Shown one piece after another: positions 54,587 to 63,349 of a DNA stretch of 64,000 nucleotides. Origin of the DNA: Phycisphaerales bacterium (lineage in GTDB: Bacteria; Planctomycetota; Phycisphaerae; Phycisphaerales; UBA1924); NCBI GenBank assembly GCA_020427395.1, contig JAGQON010000006.1, forward strand, positions 42,129 to 106,128. Direction: 5' to 3'. A program made the translations under genes and the position numbers. Position 1 is the first letter of the stretch. The number at the start of each line of letters is the position of its first letter. The notes under the pieces were generated by a model that saw only the letters and a program-made list of their open reading frames with translations, had not been told where the DNA came from and searched no databases.

Positions 54587-54869
54587 GGTTTGTATCTCCT
54601 GCATGCCCCTGTGGAGTTGGTGTTGAGTTGCGAACCCGCCGGGGGGCTTCGGTGGGGCGAACCGCTATTGTGACGGGATTTGGGGTGCGTGTCGAGTGGA
54701 ATTATCGGAAATACGAACAAAGAACGAATATTGTGGACATTCCTGCCGATAGCGGTGCTATCTGGATCAACTTGCTGAACTCCACAGTTGATTCAGATTC
54801 TGATCATGTATGCTCGAAGCTGATTCGTTGCGTGAGCGGTTTTGATTGATTGTGTGATGAGGTGTGAAG

Positions 54870-57404
54870 ATGCGATATGAGCAGATCTTGTTGATGGTGA
54901 TCTTTATTCTCTGCTTTGGAAATCAGATTGCCGTGGGTGCGCCCGAAGCGTTTCTGCATGACAACACAGAACATGTGCATGTAGTTGGCATGGTCTTCGA
55001 GTTCGATGGCGATCCGTACCCAGAGATACTGGACCTATATTTCGGCCTCACACACTCAGACGGCTCTGGACGATTGCGTCAAGGTACCTGGTTCCCTGTC
55101 AGCGGTATCGGAGAACCATTACCCAGTATCGATTACAACAATGACGGCCTCGATGATCTCGTACAGTTGAGCAATGGAAAGCTCCGCATTCGACTGAATA
55201 CCCCTCGCGGCACATTCGAGCCGATTCTCGAGCAGAGTCTCCCTGCAAACATCGTGGCGAGTCAGGTCCCGATGCACCTTAATGCTGACGGTCTGGCCGA
55301 CTTTCTCGTGCTCTTCGATTCGGGAGCGATCTACCACCTGATCAGCAACGGCCTCGGTGAGGCGTACACGATGCAGCTGCAGGCGATGCTCTCCCCGACT
55401 CGCGCAGACGCGAAGCTTCGTGACATGGATGGGGACGGAGATGTCGATGCTATTCTGATGCCCAACGGCAGCTGCTCGTTGGCATTGCAAGGTGCGGATG
55501 GCTCGTGGAGTATCACGGGCTTGTATGAGAGCGGTCGTCGGATCGACGATCATCAACAGGTCGACTTTGATCTGGATGGGGATATGGACATCGTTCTGTT
55601 TCACTGGGCATCTCAAAAGCGTGCTGTCCTGCTGAGAAACAACGGTGGAGTTCTGGAGTTTGTGCAGGAGCTGGAACTCGGTGTTTCAACTGGCATCAGC
55701 GATATCCGTGTGGTGGATATGAACCACGATGGTCGTGAAGACTTCGTATACAACCTCAGATTTGCAGGCGGTAGCCAAGTCACCGGAGCGATGATCTTTG
55801 ATGGTGGGCCGATGTACTATGGTGTCCATCAGTTCGATGAGGCGTTTGGGGTCAACATCGGCTTGGGTGATTTCGATGGTGATGGCTTTGATGAGCTCTT
55901 GCAGCAGATCAGCACGCCAACAATCTCGGGCGTTTCGCGCGAGGGGATTGGTGTTTATCACATCGACGATACCGATCAACCCGTTGAGCGGGCGAGGTCC
56001 TATTGCAAGGTTTCAGATTCGCCGTTAATCCTGGATCTTCAGGCGGATGGTGACATGGATATCCTGATGGCAACGGGATACGGCTCAAGCACAGTACTGC
56101 TGAACGATGGGTTGGGTCGGTTCTCTGACACTGAGACATACATAGACACAGGCATCACCGAGTTTGCGACCGCGGATCTCAATCAGGACGGGATCCCGGA
56201 TGTTGCCATCGTGAGCGAGTATACGGACCAGCTTGTCGTACGGTTTGGTGACGGGAGCGGGCAGTTCCCGGATGAGACTCGTTATGTCGTCGGCGATGGG
56301 ATGCGGGAGATTCACATCGCGGACATCGATCAGGATGGGGACGATGACCTTCTTGTGACCCGTCAGATTCCCGGCGTGATCGTGGTGCTGTACAACAATG
56401 GCAGCGGGGAGTTTGCCCAAGTGCTGGAGTTGCCCACGAACTCGAGCTTGCCGGTGGCGACGCGGACAGGCGATCTGAATCAAGATGGCGTGCTGGATAT
56501 TGTGTACGCGAGCTTGGTAGGGAGTGGGCGCCTTGAAGTACGATACAGCTACGCCGGCGGCGGGTACTTGCCCGCTCTGGGTTATGAAACGCAGACGCCA
56601 GTCGTGAAAGATATCGTCGTTCGGGATATCACGCACGATGGGTACCCCGACATCATCCTTGGTGGTGTGAGCCAGGGCGTGGTTGGACAGAACTCGACTC
56701 TGAGCTTGCACATCAATAGTGGCTTGCTGGGTATTCTCGAAGCATCAACAAGAGTTGAATCGGATCTCTATACGAATCGCATCATGTTGGCAGATATGAA
56801 TGGCGATGGGATCGATGACATCATCCAGATTGGATATCCGATAGGCTTCGGTATGAGTAATAAGGCTCGTGTTTTCTTGCTCAACTCGGATGGGGCTATC
56901 GAACTTGAGTTAGAGTCTGAGCTCCGTCAGCAGTTTGACTCTGATGATACATACAGCATTTTCATCCAAGACTTCGATGCGGATGGTGATCAGGACCTGC
57001 TGATGTTCCAGTCGTATTTAAGAGATCGATCCGTCAGTCAGTTTCTCAACAACGGCGACGGTACACTCGAGTACTCACGCACCCCCATCGATCGAACGAC
57101 TTTGACTCTGACGCATCAGGATTACGAGTCCAAGTTTGTGATGAAGGATATGGATCTTGATGGGGATCTGGATTTCATTTCTGGTTCGTATGATCTCGGT
57201 GTGTTACGGGTAATCGAGAACAAAGACCGGAACTATTGCGTGATGGATCTGAACGATGATGGCGGGATCGATTTCTTTGATGTCTCAATCTTTATCGTTG
57301 CATTCCAAGGCCACGACCCGCTCGCGGATTGGAACGGTGACGGGGCGTTCGACTTCTTCGATGTGTCAGGATTCCTAAAGGATTATCAGGGCGGATGCCC
57401 CTGA
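54870..57404 (+). CDS. FG-GAP/VCBS repeat protein with C-terminal GC-type dockerin-like double repeat (AT-richer gene)
   Basis: Signal 'MRYEQILLMVIFILCFGNQIAVGA'. There are at least 12 'D.D.DGD.D(I/L/F)' blades (for example 'DMDGDGDVDAI', 'DFDGDGFDEL', 'DIDQDGDDDLL'). The tail is 'CVMDLNDDGGIDFFDVSIFIVAF...DWNGDGAFDFFDVSGFLKDYQGGCP*'. Confidence 0.85.
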   Translation: MRYEQILLMVIFILCFGNQIAVGAPEAFLHDNTEHVHVVGMVFEFDGDPYPEILDLYFGLTHSDGSGRLRQGTWFPVSGIGEPLPSIDYNNDGLDDLVQLSNGKLRIRLNTPRGTFEPILEQSLPANIVASQVPMHLNADGLADFLVLFDSGAIYHLISNGLGEAYTMQLQAMLSPTRADAKLRDMDGDGDVDAILMPNGSCSLALQGADGSWSITGLYESGRRIDDHQQVDFDLDGDMDIVLFHWASQKRAVLLRNNGGVLEFVQELELGVSTGISDIRVVDMNHDGREDFVYNLRFAGGSQVTGAMIFDGGPMYYGVHQFDEAFGVNIGLGDFDGDGFDELLQQISTPTISGVSREGIGVYHIDDTDQPVERARSYCKVSDSPLILDLQADGDMDILMATGYGSSTVLLNDGLGRFSDTETYIDTGITEFATADLNQDGIPDVAIVSEYTDQLVVRFGDGSGQFPDETRYVVGDGMREIHIADIDQDGDDDLLVTRQIPGVIVVLYNNGSGEFAQVLELPTNSSLPVATRTGDLNQDGVLDIVYASLVGSGRLEVRYSYAGGGYLPALGYETQTPVVKDIVVRDITHDGYPDIILGGVSQGVVGQNSTLSLHINSGLLGILEASTRVESDLYTNRIMLADMNGDGIDDIIQIGYPIGFGMSNKARVFLLNSDGAIELELESELRQQFDSDDTYSIFIQDFDADGDQDLLMFQSYLRDRSVSQFLNNGDGTLEYSRTPIDRTTLTLTHQDYESKFVMKDMDLDGDLDFISGSYDLGVLRVIENKDRNYCVMDLNDDGGIDFFDVSIFIVAFQGHDPLADWNGDGAFDFFDVSGFLKDYQGGCP

Positions 57405-57444
57405 CGCGGCCGGTGGTTGATTGCCGTGATACGCTTGTGTCGTG

Positions 57445-58326
57445 ATGGCGCGCATGGATACGCAGTCTGAGCACGGCAACGCGATCGATTTCTTCGTGAT
57501 CGCATCGCCCAAGTCGGGGACGACCTGGGTGCAGAAGATGCTCTGCAGCCACCCACAGGTCCACTGCGCCGAGTCGCGGCTGTATGGGTTGTACTTTGAT
57601 CCGCGTGTGGGGGCTTCGACGCACCTGCCGCTGGAGCAGTATGTCCGCTTTATGAGCGGCTATCACCAGCCGGCGGGGGATGAATGCTCGCGAGAGGCGT
57701 ACTTCGATGGGCTGCTGGATCGGCTCGTGGGGGCAATCGCGGATCACGCGCGGGAGCATTCGGGCAAGGCGGTGTACGGCGAGAAGGTCACGCCGTATCC
57801 GGGGACGGCCGCGCATGTGCTCGGGCAGGTGCGGACGCGGCACGCGGGTGCGCGGTTGATTCATCTGGTGCGCGATCCGCGCGATGTGATCGTGTCGGGG
57901 ATGGCACACTGGCGGCGGGCGCTGGCGGTGCAGCCGACCGATGAGCCGCACCGTTACGAGGATGAGGATCTGCTCTTTTCGGATCTGCTCGACCACTGGG
58001 TCGAGGTGCAGTCGGCCATGATCGAGAATGGTGATGGAGTGCTGGTGATCCGTTATGAGGATCTGGTCCGTGAGCCGCGCACGGTGGTGGGGCGGTTGCT
58101 GAGGCACATCGGCGTGGATGCATCGGAGGCGGTGGTCTCGCGATGTGTTGAGGAGAACACCTTCGAGAAGCTCAGCGGCGGGCGGCAGCGTGGGGAGATC
58201 GATGATTCGAGCTTCTATCGGTGTGGGACTGCTGGGCAGTGGAGGGGGCGGTTGACGGCGGAGCAGCTTGCGTGTGTGCAGGAGATGGCGGGGGGGTTGA
58301 TGGAGGGGCGGGGGTATCGGGCGTGA
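57445..58326 (+). CDS. sulfotransferase family protein
   Basis: The 5'-PSB motif is 'FFVIASPKSGTTWVQKML' and the 3'-PB motif is 'IHLVRDPRDVIVS'. GC content resembles the host, unlike both neighbours. Confidence 0.85.
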   Translation: MARMDTQSEHGNAIDFFVIASPKSGTTWVQKMLCSHPQVHCAESRLYGLYFDPRVGASTHLPLEQYVRFMSGYHQPAGDECSREAYFDGLLDRLVGAIADHAREHSGKAVYGEKVTPYPGTAAHVLGQVRTRHAGARLIHLVRDPRDVIVSGMAHWRRALAVQPTDEPHRYEDEDLLFSDLLDHWVEVQSAMIENGDGVLVIRYEDLVREPRTVVGRLLRHIGVDASEAVVSRCVEENTFEKLSGGRQRGEIDDSSFYRCGTAGQWRGRLTAEQLACVQEMAGGLMEGRGYRA

Positions 58327-58448
58327 GGGAGGGTTATGTGTTAGTGTGGAACTGGGTGCAGCGTGAAGGGCACATAGTAAGGGGATAAAGCTGGATGGTG
58401 TTGGCTAAATCCACTAGGACGATGATCCGTTTGCTTGTAGAATCCGGT

Positions 58449-60470
58449 ATGAGTCGATTGCTTTCCGTACTGTTGTTCGTTGCGCTGAGCAGTTCGAGCT
58501 TTGCTGATCCGTTAGGGTGCTTGAGTTCGCGCTATCTTGGGGAAATCCAGCCAGGGCCTTTCAGGGCGTATGTTCAGATCGGTGACCGAGCGATCTATGG
58601 CTACAGTCAGGATGGGCCGCGTATCGGCCTGTTTGATGTGAGTGATCCGTTGAATCATGTCGAGCTTGGTTCGATTCCAACAGATGCGGTTGCGAGCAGT
58701 ATCTATTTTCGTAATAACATTATTTGTGTTTCTTATTATTCTGGTGGTTTAAAGTTATATAGTTTATCTCAAGATTACGAGATTGAGTATCTCTCCGCGG
58801 TTCCCCTTCCGGGGTACTGCTGGAGCTTTGAGGTCGTCGGTGATTTCGCGTATGTGACAGACGATGCAAAGGTGCACACGGTTGATATCAGTGATCCATT
58901 CAACCCGACCATACTGGACACAATCGATACCGACGCGCCATTCCGGCTATATGGTATGGCTGTAGGGAACGGGGCGGTCTACATTGGGTCTGACAACGGT
59001 GTGCGTCAGATATTGATCGATGATCCAACAAGCCTTGAGCAAGGCGTTGTCTTTGGCCCATCATTCCAGGTGTTCAGTCTCGTGTCTGACGGCAACTACC
59101 TCTTTGTCGCGTCGCGCCTCAACGGTCTTGAGATTTCTGATATTTCAGATCCGGCAAATGTGCAGCAGGTTTCGCAGGTCGACACGCTTGGCGACTGTTA
59201 CGATGTTTCGCTGCACGCGGATCGCGTATATGTATCGGAGCAGACACACGGATTCTCGGTCATCGATGTGTCAGATGTCGCTAAGCCCGAGTTTATCGGC
59301 GAGTACTACATTGATGGCGAAGCGTTCTCGACCACGATCGACAGCACGGCACAGGTCATGTACGTGAGATTAATGGGCGAATCCGCGCATACGGTCGTTG
59401 ACATTTCGCCAGCCATGCCGCGTTCGGTGTTGAGTTCGATCGAAGTAATCAATCGGCCTTGGTCCGTAACAGCGATCGGGAACATGATCTTTGTGGCTGA
59501 GGAAGCGGTCATGCGCGTGATCGACGCGTCTGATCCAAATCAGATGCAACAGATCAGTTTCTTTTTGCCGGTTGGCACAGCACGGGATATTGCTCAGATT
59601 GATGAGCAAACGGTTGTGCTTGTCGTGGGAGGTCATGGCCTTCAGGTCGTGGATGTTGCAGACCCGGCGAATACTGTTTCCAAGAGCATGCTTGATATTC
59701 CAGGTTTCGCGGCTGGGGTCGAGGTCCGAGGAGAGTTGGCCTATGTAGCGGCCCGACAAGGTGGGCTCGCGTTGGTTGATCTGCAGAATCAATCCCAACC
59801 CGTGCTGCTAAGCACACTCGCAATGGGTGGGAACGCTTTGGATCTTGTACTCCAGGAAGACCTCTGCTATGTCGCGGCGAGTGCGGGCGGGCTTGCGATT
59901 GTTGATGTTTCTGACCCAAGCATGATTTCGATCGTTGGTTCAGAGTCCGGGTTGTATTCAGCTACTTCGGTTGGTGTTTCGGGATCATTCGCGATCATGG
60001 GTACCGCGGATGCCGGGTGTATTGTTCTTGATGTTTCAGATCCAATGAACCCGACCCCGATTGGCGAGATTGCTGTTCTTGGATTCGTGCGTGATGTAGC
60101 CTTCTACGAAGGCACGCTCTATCTCAGTGTTGAAAACGAGGGTCTATACGCGTATTCAATGGCTGATCCAACTAACCCCCGCTTGCTTGGGCATGAGCCG
60201 ATTGATGGACTGGCCGGGGAGATCGCGTTCGGGGCTGGTGTCGCTTATGTGGGGGTGTCGGGAGAGATCTTTGCACTTGATGTGTCGGGCACTTGTGGTA
60301 TTTGTCCAGCCGACCTTAACGGCGACGGTGCCCTCGACTTCTTCGATGTCTCTGCGTTTTTGGTCTCATTCCTCGACAATGCGCCCGGTGGCGACTGGAA
60401 CGACGACGGGGCGTTCGATTTCTTCGATGTCTCGGGATTCTTAGTGGATTACAAGGCCGGCTGCCCGTGA
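58449..60470 (+). CDS. LVIVD-repeat beta-propeller protein with C-terminal GC-type dockerin-like double repeat (AT-richer gene)
   Basis: Signal 'MSRLLSVLLFVALSSSSFA'. LVIVD-like units recur ('GLEISDISDPANV', 'GFSVIDVSDVAKP', 'GLQVVDVADPANT', 'GGLALVDLQNQSQP', 'GGLAIVDVSDPSM', 'CIVLDVSDPMNP'). The tail is 'CPADLNGDGALDFFDVSAFLVSF...DWNDDGAFDFFDVSGFLVDYKAGCP*'. Confidence 0.85.
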   Translation: MSRLLSVLLFVALSSSSFADPLGCLSSRYLGEIQPGPFRAYVQIGDRAIYGYSQDGPRIGLFDVSDPLNHVELGSIPTDAVASSIYFRNNIICVSYYSGGLKLYSLSQDYEIEYLSAVPLPGYCWSFEVVGDFAYVTDDAKVHTVDISDPFNPTILDTIDTDAPFRLYGMAVGNGAVYIGSDNGVRQILIDDPTSLEQGVVFGPSFQVFSLVSDGNYLFVASRLNGLEISDISDPANVQQVSQVDTLGDCYDVSLHADRVYVSEQTHGFSVIDVSDVAKPEFIGEYYIDGEAFSTTIDSTAQVMYVRLMGESAHTVVDISPAMPRSVLSSIEVINRPWSVTAIGNMIFVAEEAVMRVIDASDPNQMQQISFFLPVGTARDIAQIDEQTVVLVVGGHGLQVVDVADPANTVSKSMLDIPGFAAGVEVRGELAYVAARQGGLALVDLQNQSQPVLLSTLAMGGNALDLVLQEDLCYVAASAGGLAIVDVSDPSMISIVGSESGLYSATSVGVSGSFAIMGTADAGCIVLDVSDPMNPTPIGEIAVLGFVRDVAFYEGTLYLSVENEGLYAYSMADPTNPRLLGHEPIDGLAGEIAFGAGVAYVGVSGEIFALDVSGTCGICPADLNGDGALDFFDVSAFLVSFLDNAPGGDWNDDGAFDFFDVSGFLVDYKAGCP

Positions 60471-60476
60471 GGATGT

Positions 60477-61691
60477 TCAGCCGCTGACCGCCACCCGCTC
60501 GCTGATGCGCAGCCCGAAGGCCTCGAGCTGCGGGTAGGGGGTGTCGGAGTTGGTGATGAGTTTGAGATCACGCAGCCCCAGGGCACGCAGGATCTGGGAG
60601 CCGGTGCCGATCTCGAGCATGGCCGGTGACACGGATTGGATGGGCTTGTCGTCCGTGTCGTGGTCGAAGGGGCGGCTGAGGCGCTGAGAGAGCGCGTCGC
60701 CGACGCCGTGGGGGCGGAGGTAGACGATCGCGCCGCGACCGGCGTCCTGGATCATCTTCATGGACTGACGCAGGGTGTGCCCGGTGGAGGTGGTGTGGTC
60801 GCTGCCGCTGTCGAGATCGTCGAAGATGTCGCCCAGCAGGTCGCGCCGGTGGACGCGGACGAGGGTGGGCTCGTCGCTCTCGATGGGGTGGCCGTTCTTG
60901 TCGAGCTGGCCGACATCGCCGACGGTCAGGGCGAGGTGGGGCATGGGGTCGACCATCGAGCGGAAGGCGATGAGGTTGAACTCGCCCATGGGTGTTTGGA
61001 TCTTGGTGCCCGAGACCGGATCGATGCGGGAGATGAGCGAGGACTCGGCGAGGCGGTGCTCGATGATCTGCTTGACGCTGCACATCTTGATGTTGTGCTC
61101 TTTGCACAGGGCTACAAGGTCGGGCACGCGGGCCATCTCGCCGTCGTCGCGCATGATCTCGATGATGATGGCGCTGGGGTGGAGCCCGGCCAGTCGGCAC
61201 AGGTCCAGCGAGCCCTCGGTCTGGCCGATGCGGACGAGCACGCCGCCGTCGCGAGATCGGAGCGGGTTGATGTGCCCGGGCTTGACGAAGTCTTCGGGCT
61301 TGGAGTTGGGGTCGATAGCGAGCTGGATGGTCTTGGCGCGTTCCGCGGCCGAGACGCCGGTGGTGAAGCCGTGCTTGGGGTGGCCGTCGATGGAGACGGT
61401 GAAGGGTGTGCCGCGGACGGAGGTGTTGACGGATGACTGGGGTTCGAGCCCGAGGCGGTCGCAGTCGCTCTCGGTGAGCGAGAGGCACATGTAGCCGCGT
61501 GCGACGGAGAGCATGAAGGTGACGGCCTGGGGCGTGATGAACTGGGCGGGCAGGACGATGTCGCCCTCGTTCTCGCGGTCCTCATCGTCGGTGAGGATGA
61601 CCATGCGTCCGTTGCGGAGCTCATCGAGGATCTCGTCGATGGGGGAGAAGATGGCGTCGTCGGCGAGGGTTTGGGGCGTGGTCTGGGGCAT
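60477..61691 (-). CDS. ribBA: 3,4-dihydroxy-2-butanone-4-phosphate synthase fused to a degenerate GTP cyclohydrolase II-like domain
   Basis: The RibB half has 'GRMVILTDDEDRENEGDIVL'. The RibA-like half has 'VRVHRRDLLGDIF' and 'AGRGAIVYLR' but no zinc-binding Cys. Start trimmed from the 560-aa ORF to MPQTTPQ at 61691. Confidence 0.88.
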   Translation of the reverse strand: MPQTTPQTLADDAIFSPIDEILDELRNGRMVILTDDEDRENEGDIVLPAQFITPQAVTFMLSVARGYMCLSLTESDCDRLGLEPQSSVNTSVRGTPFTVSIDGHPKHGFTTGVSAAERAKTIQLAIDPNSKPEDFVKPGHINPLRSRDGGVLVRIGQTEGSLDLCRLAGLHPSAIIIEIMRDDGEMARVPDLVALCKEHNIKMCSVKQIIEHRLAESSLISRIDPVSGTKIQTPMGEFNLIAFRSMVDPMPHLALTVGDVGQLDKNGHPIESDEPTLVRVHRRDLLGDIFDDLDSGSDHTTSTGHTLRQSMKMIQDAGRGAIVYLRPHGVGDALSQRLSRPFDHDTDDKPIQSVSPAMLEIGTGSQILRALGLRDLKLITNSDTPYPQLEAFGLRISERVAVSG

Positions 61692-61736
61692 GGGGGATGG
61701 TAGAACTGCCGGGGCACATTGGCCGTATCGTGGGGT

Positions 61737-62507
61737 ATGCGGAAATGGGTTGTTTGGATCCTTGGGGTGATAGTGCTGGTTTTCGGGCTGCTTGTGTGGG
61801 GATACACCTCGCTCGGCATCTATGTGCCTCGCGTGCATGTTGTGCATCTTGAAACAGCCGGCGGGCCGGTTCCGATCAAGGTGGTCTTCCTTGATCCTAG
61901 ATCGGCGTACATCGAAGTCGGGCATGATGGGGATGACAGCCGGATGTTGAGCGGTCCTGATGGTGACTTTCGAATACATGATGTGCAATGGTCGCCTTTT
62001 GAGTTTGAGATTGAGTTTCCTAGGGATCAGGCAACACTCACGATGACCACTATCGAGGCCGAGGACGGAACATCGAGTGTGGAGGGCGTACTCGCGTATT
62101 CCGACGACGAGCGAGTTATCGAAGAGATCCCTGCAAGATCGATGCGAGTCGTGAACCAAAACTGGTTTGATCTCGCGGATACCGATGTGCCGACAAGCAC
62201 CGATCGCAACATCAATGGGAATTGGGTCTTCAAGTCATCGCTGGGCTCTGAGGTGGCACGGATACGGCTCGACGCGTACACACCCAAGAACTTTGAGATG
62301 GCTCAAGCAGAGGCGGAAGTCCTTACTTTTCTGAGTGAACACCGTCATTTTGTTGGCGTGATTACTTCGAACCGCATTCTTCTCGCCAGCTTCGACAACG
62401 CGTACCCCGCGCTGATCGATGCGACGATTCAGGATGACGGCACGCTGAATGGCGATCTGTGGGTTGGGGATCGATTGCACGAGTCGTTTGTCGGGACGCG
62501 GGAGTGA
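61737..62507 (+). CDS. membrane-anchored hypothetical protein (AT-richer)
   Basis: N-terminal anchor 'MRKWVVWILGVIVLVFGLLVWGY'. The C-terminal 'NGNWVFKS...LLASFDNAYPALIDATIQDDGTLNGDLWVG' resembles the N-domain of some TlpA-type proteins, by recollection only. Confidence 0.55.
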   Translation: MRKWVVWILGVIVLVFGLLVWGYTSLGIYVPRVHVVHLETAGGPVPIKVVFLDPRSAYIEVGHDGDDSRMLSGPDGDFRIHDVQWSPFEFEIEFPRDQATLTMTTIEAEDGTSSVEGVLAYSDDERVIEEIPARSMRVVNQNWFDLADTDVPTSTDRNINGNWVFKSSLGSEVARIRLDAYTPKNFEMAQAEAEVLTFLSEHRHFVGVITSNRILLASFDNAYPALIDATIQDDGTLNGDLWVGDRLHESFVGTRE

Positions 62508-62524
62508 GCGATCGAAGAGTGTCC

Positions 62525-62615
62525 GGGTGCCACTACTCGCCGTCTTCGGCGCAGTAGTGCTCTTCAGTGCGTCACAAGACACTACTGCGCGGCTGTGCCG
62601 CGAGTAGTGGCACCC
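62525..62615. repeat. palindromic repeat family A, second copy
   Basis: GGGTGCCACTACTCGCCGTCTTCGGCGCAGTAGTG...CACTACTGCGCGGCTGTGCCGCGAGTAGTGGCACCC has the same conserved blocks as the 38.4-kb copy. It lies between a hypothetical gene and the O-methyltransferase. Confidence 0.75.
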
Positions 62616-62639
62616 AGATGGGATACCTATCCTATATGT

Positions 62640-63305
62640 ATGGATATGACCCCCAAGCGTTGGACGAACACCTGTGAGTACCTCGATGCCGTGTTTGGGC
62701 AGGAGGATCAGCATCTGCACGACCTGATGCCCGCGGCCATCCACGAGGGCGTGCCTTCGATCGCGGTTTCGGCGAGCGTGGGGCGGATGCTCCGGGTGCT
62801 GCTCAAGATGATTGATGCGAAGACGGTGGTGGAGGTGGGGACGCTGGCCGGGTATTCGACGACCTGGATGGCGCGGGCGCTGCCCGACGACGGCATGGTC
62901 TACGCGATCGAGCCCAACGAACTGCACGCGCGGATCGCCCGCGAGGGCTTCGAGCAGGCGGGGATCGCGCACAAGGTAACGGTGATCGAGGAGACGGGGC
63001 TCGATGCGCTGCCGCGGCTGCTTGAGGATCTGGGCGATGGGTCGGTGGACGCTGTGTTCTTGGACGCGATCAAGAGCGAGTACCCGGACTACTTCCCCGC
63101 GAGCAAGCGGCTGCTGCGCAAGGGCGGGCTGCTGATCGCGGACAACGCGCTGGGCGGGGGTGACTGGTGGATCGATGACCCGGACGGGCACAACCTCGAT
63201 CGCGACGGGGCTGCGGCGCTCAATGACCTGATCACGCGTGATGAGGACTTTGATGCGTTCTGCGTGCCGCTGCGCGAGGGGGTGGCGGTGGGGGTGAGGG
63301 TGTGA
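62640..63305 (+). CDS. class I SAM-dependent O-methyltransferase (caffeoyl-CoA OMT-like)
   Basis: Motifs 'KTVVEVGTLAGYSTTWMARALPDDGMVYAIEPN', 'VFLDAIKSEY' and 'LLRKGGLLIADNAL'. Start trimmed because the 5' end of the ORF lies in palindromic repeat family A. Confidence 0.85.
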   Translation: MDMTPKRWTNTCEYLDAVFGQEDQHLHDLMPAAIHEGVPSIAVSASVGRMLRVLLKMIDAKTVVEVGTLAGYSTTWMARALPDDGMVYAIEPNELHARIAREGFEQAGIAHKVTVIEETGLDALPRLLEDLGDGSVDAVFLDAIKSEYPDYFPASKRLLRKGGLLIADNALGGGDWWIDDPDGHNLDRDGAAALNDLITRDEDFDAFCVPLREGVAVGVRV

Positions 63306-63349
63306 CACAGGCGTGACACATCGTACTTGCGATTCATTTATACTTGCAG

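Noticed and set aside
61692-61736. Looked for an FMN riboswitch upstream of ribBA
   Set aside because: Only about 45 nt separate ribBA from the divergent gene, which is far too short for an FMN aptamer, and no conserved FMN-box sequence is seen.
61692-62159. 156-codon N-terminal extension of the ribBA ORF. Similar extensions occur at 34933..35202, 16557..16568, 48021..48152 and 51592..51672.
   Set aside because: The extensions overlap neighbouring genes or intergenic DNA and have odd composition. Internal ATGs give proteins of canonical length, with signal peptides or SDs.
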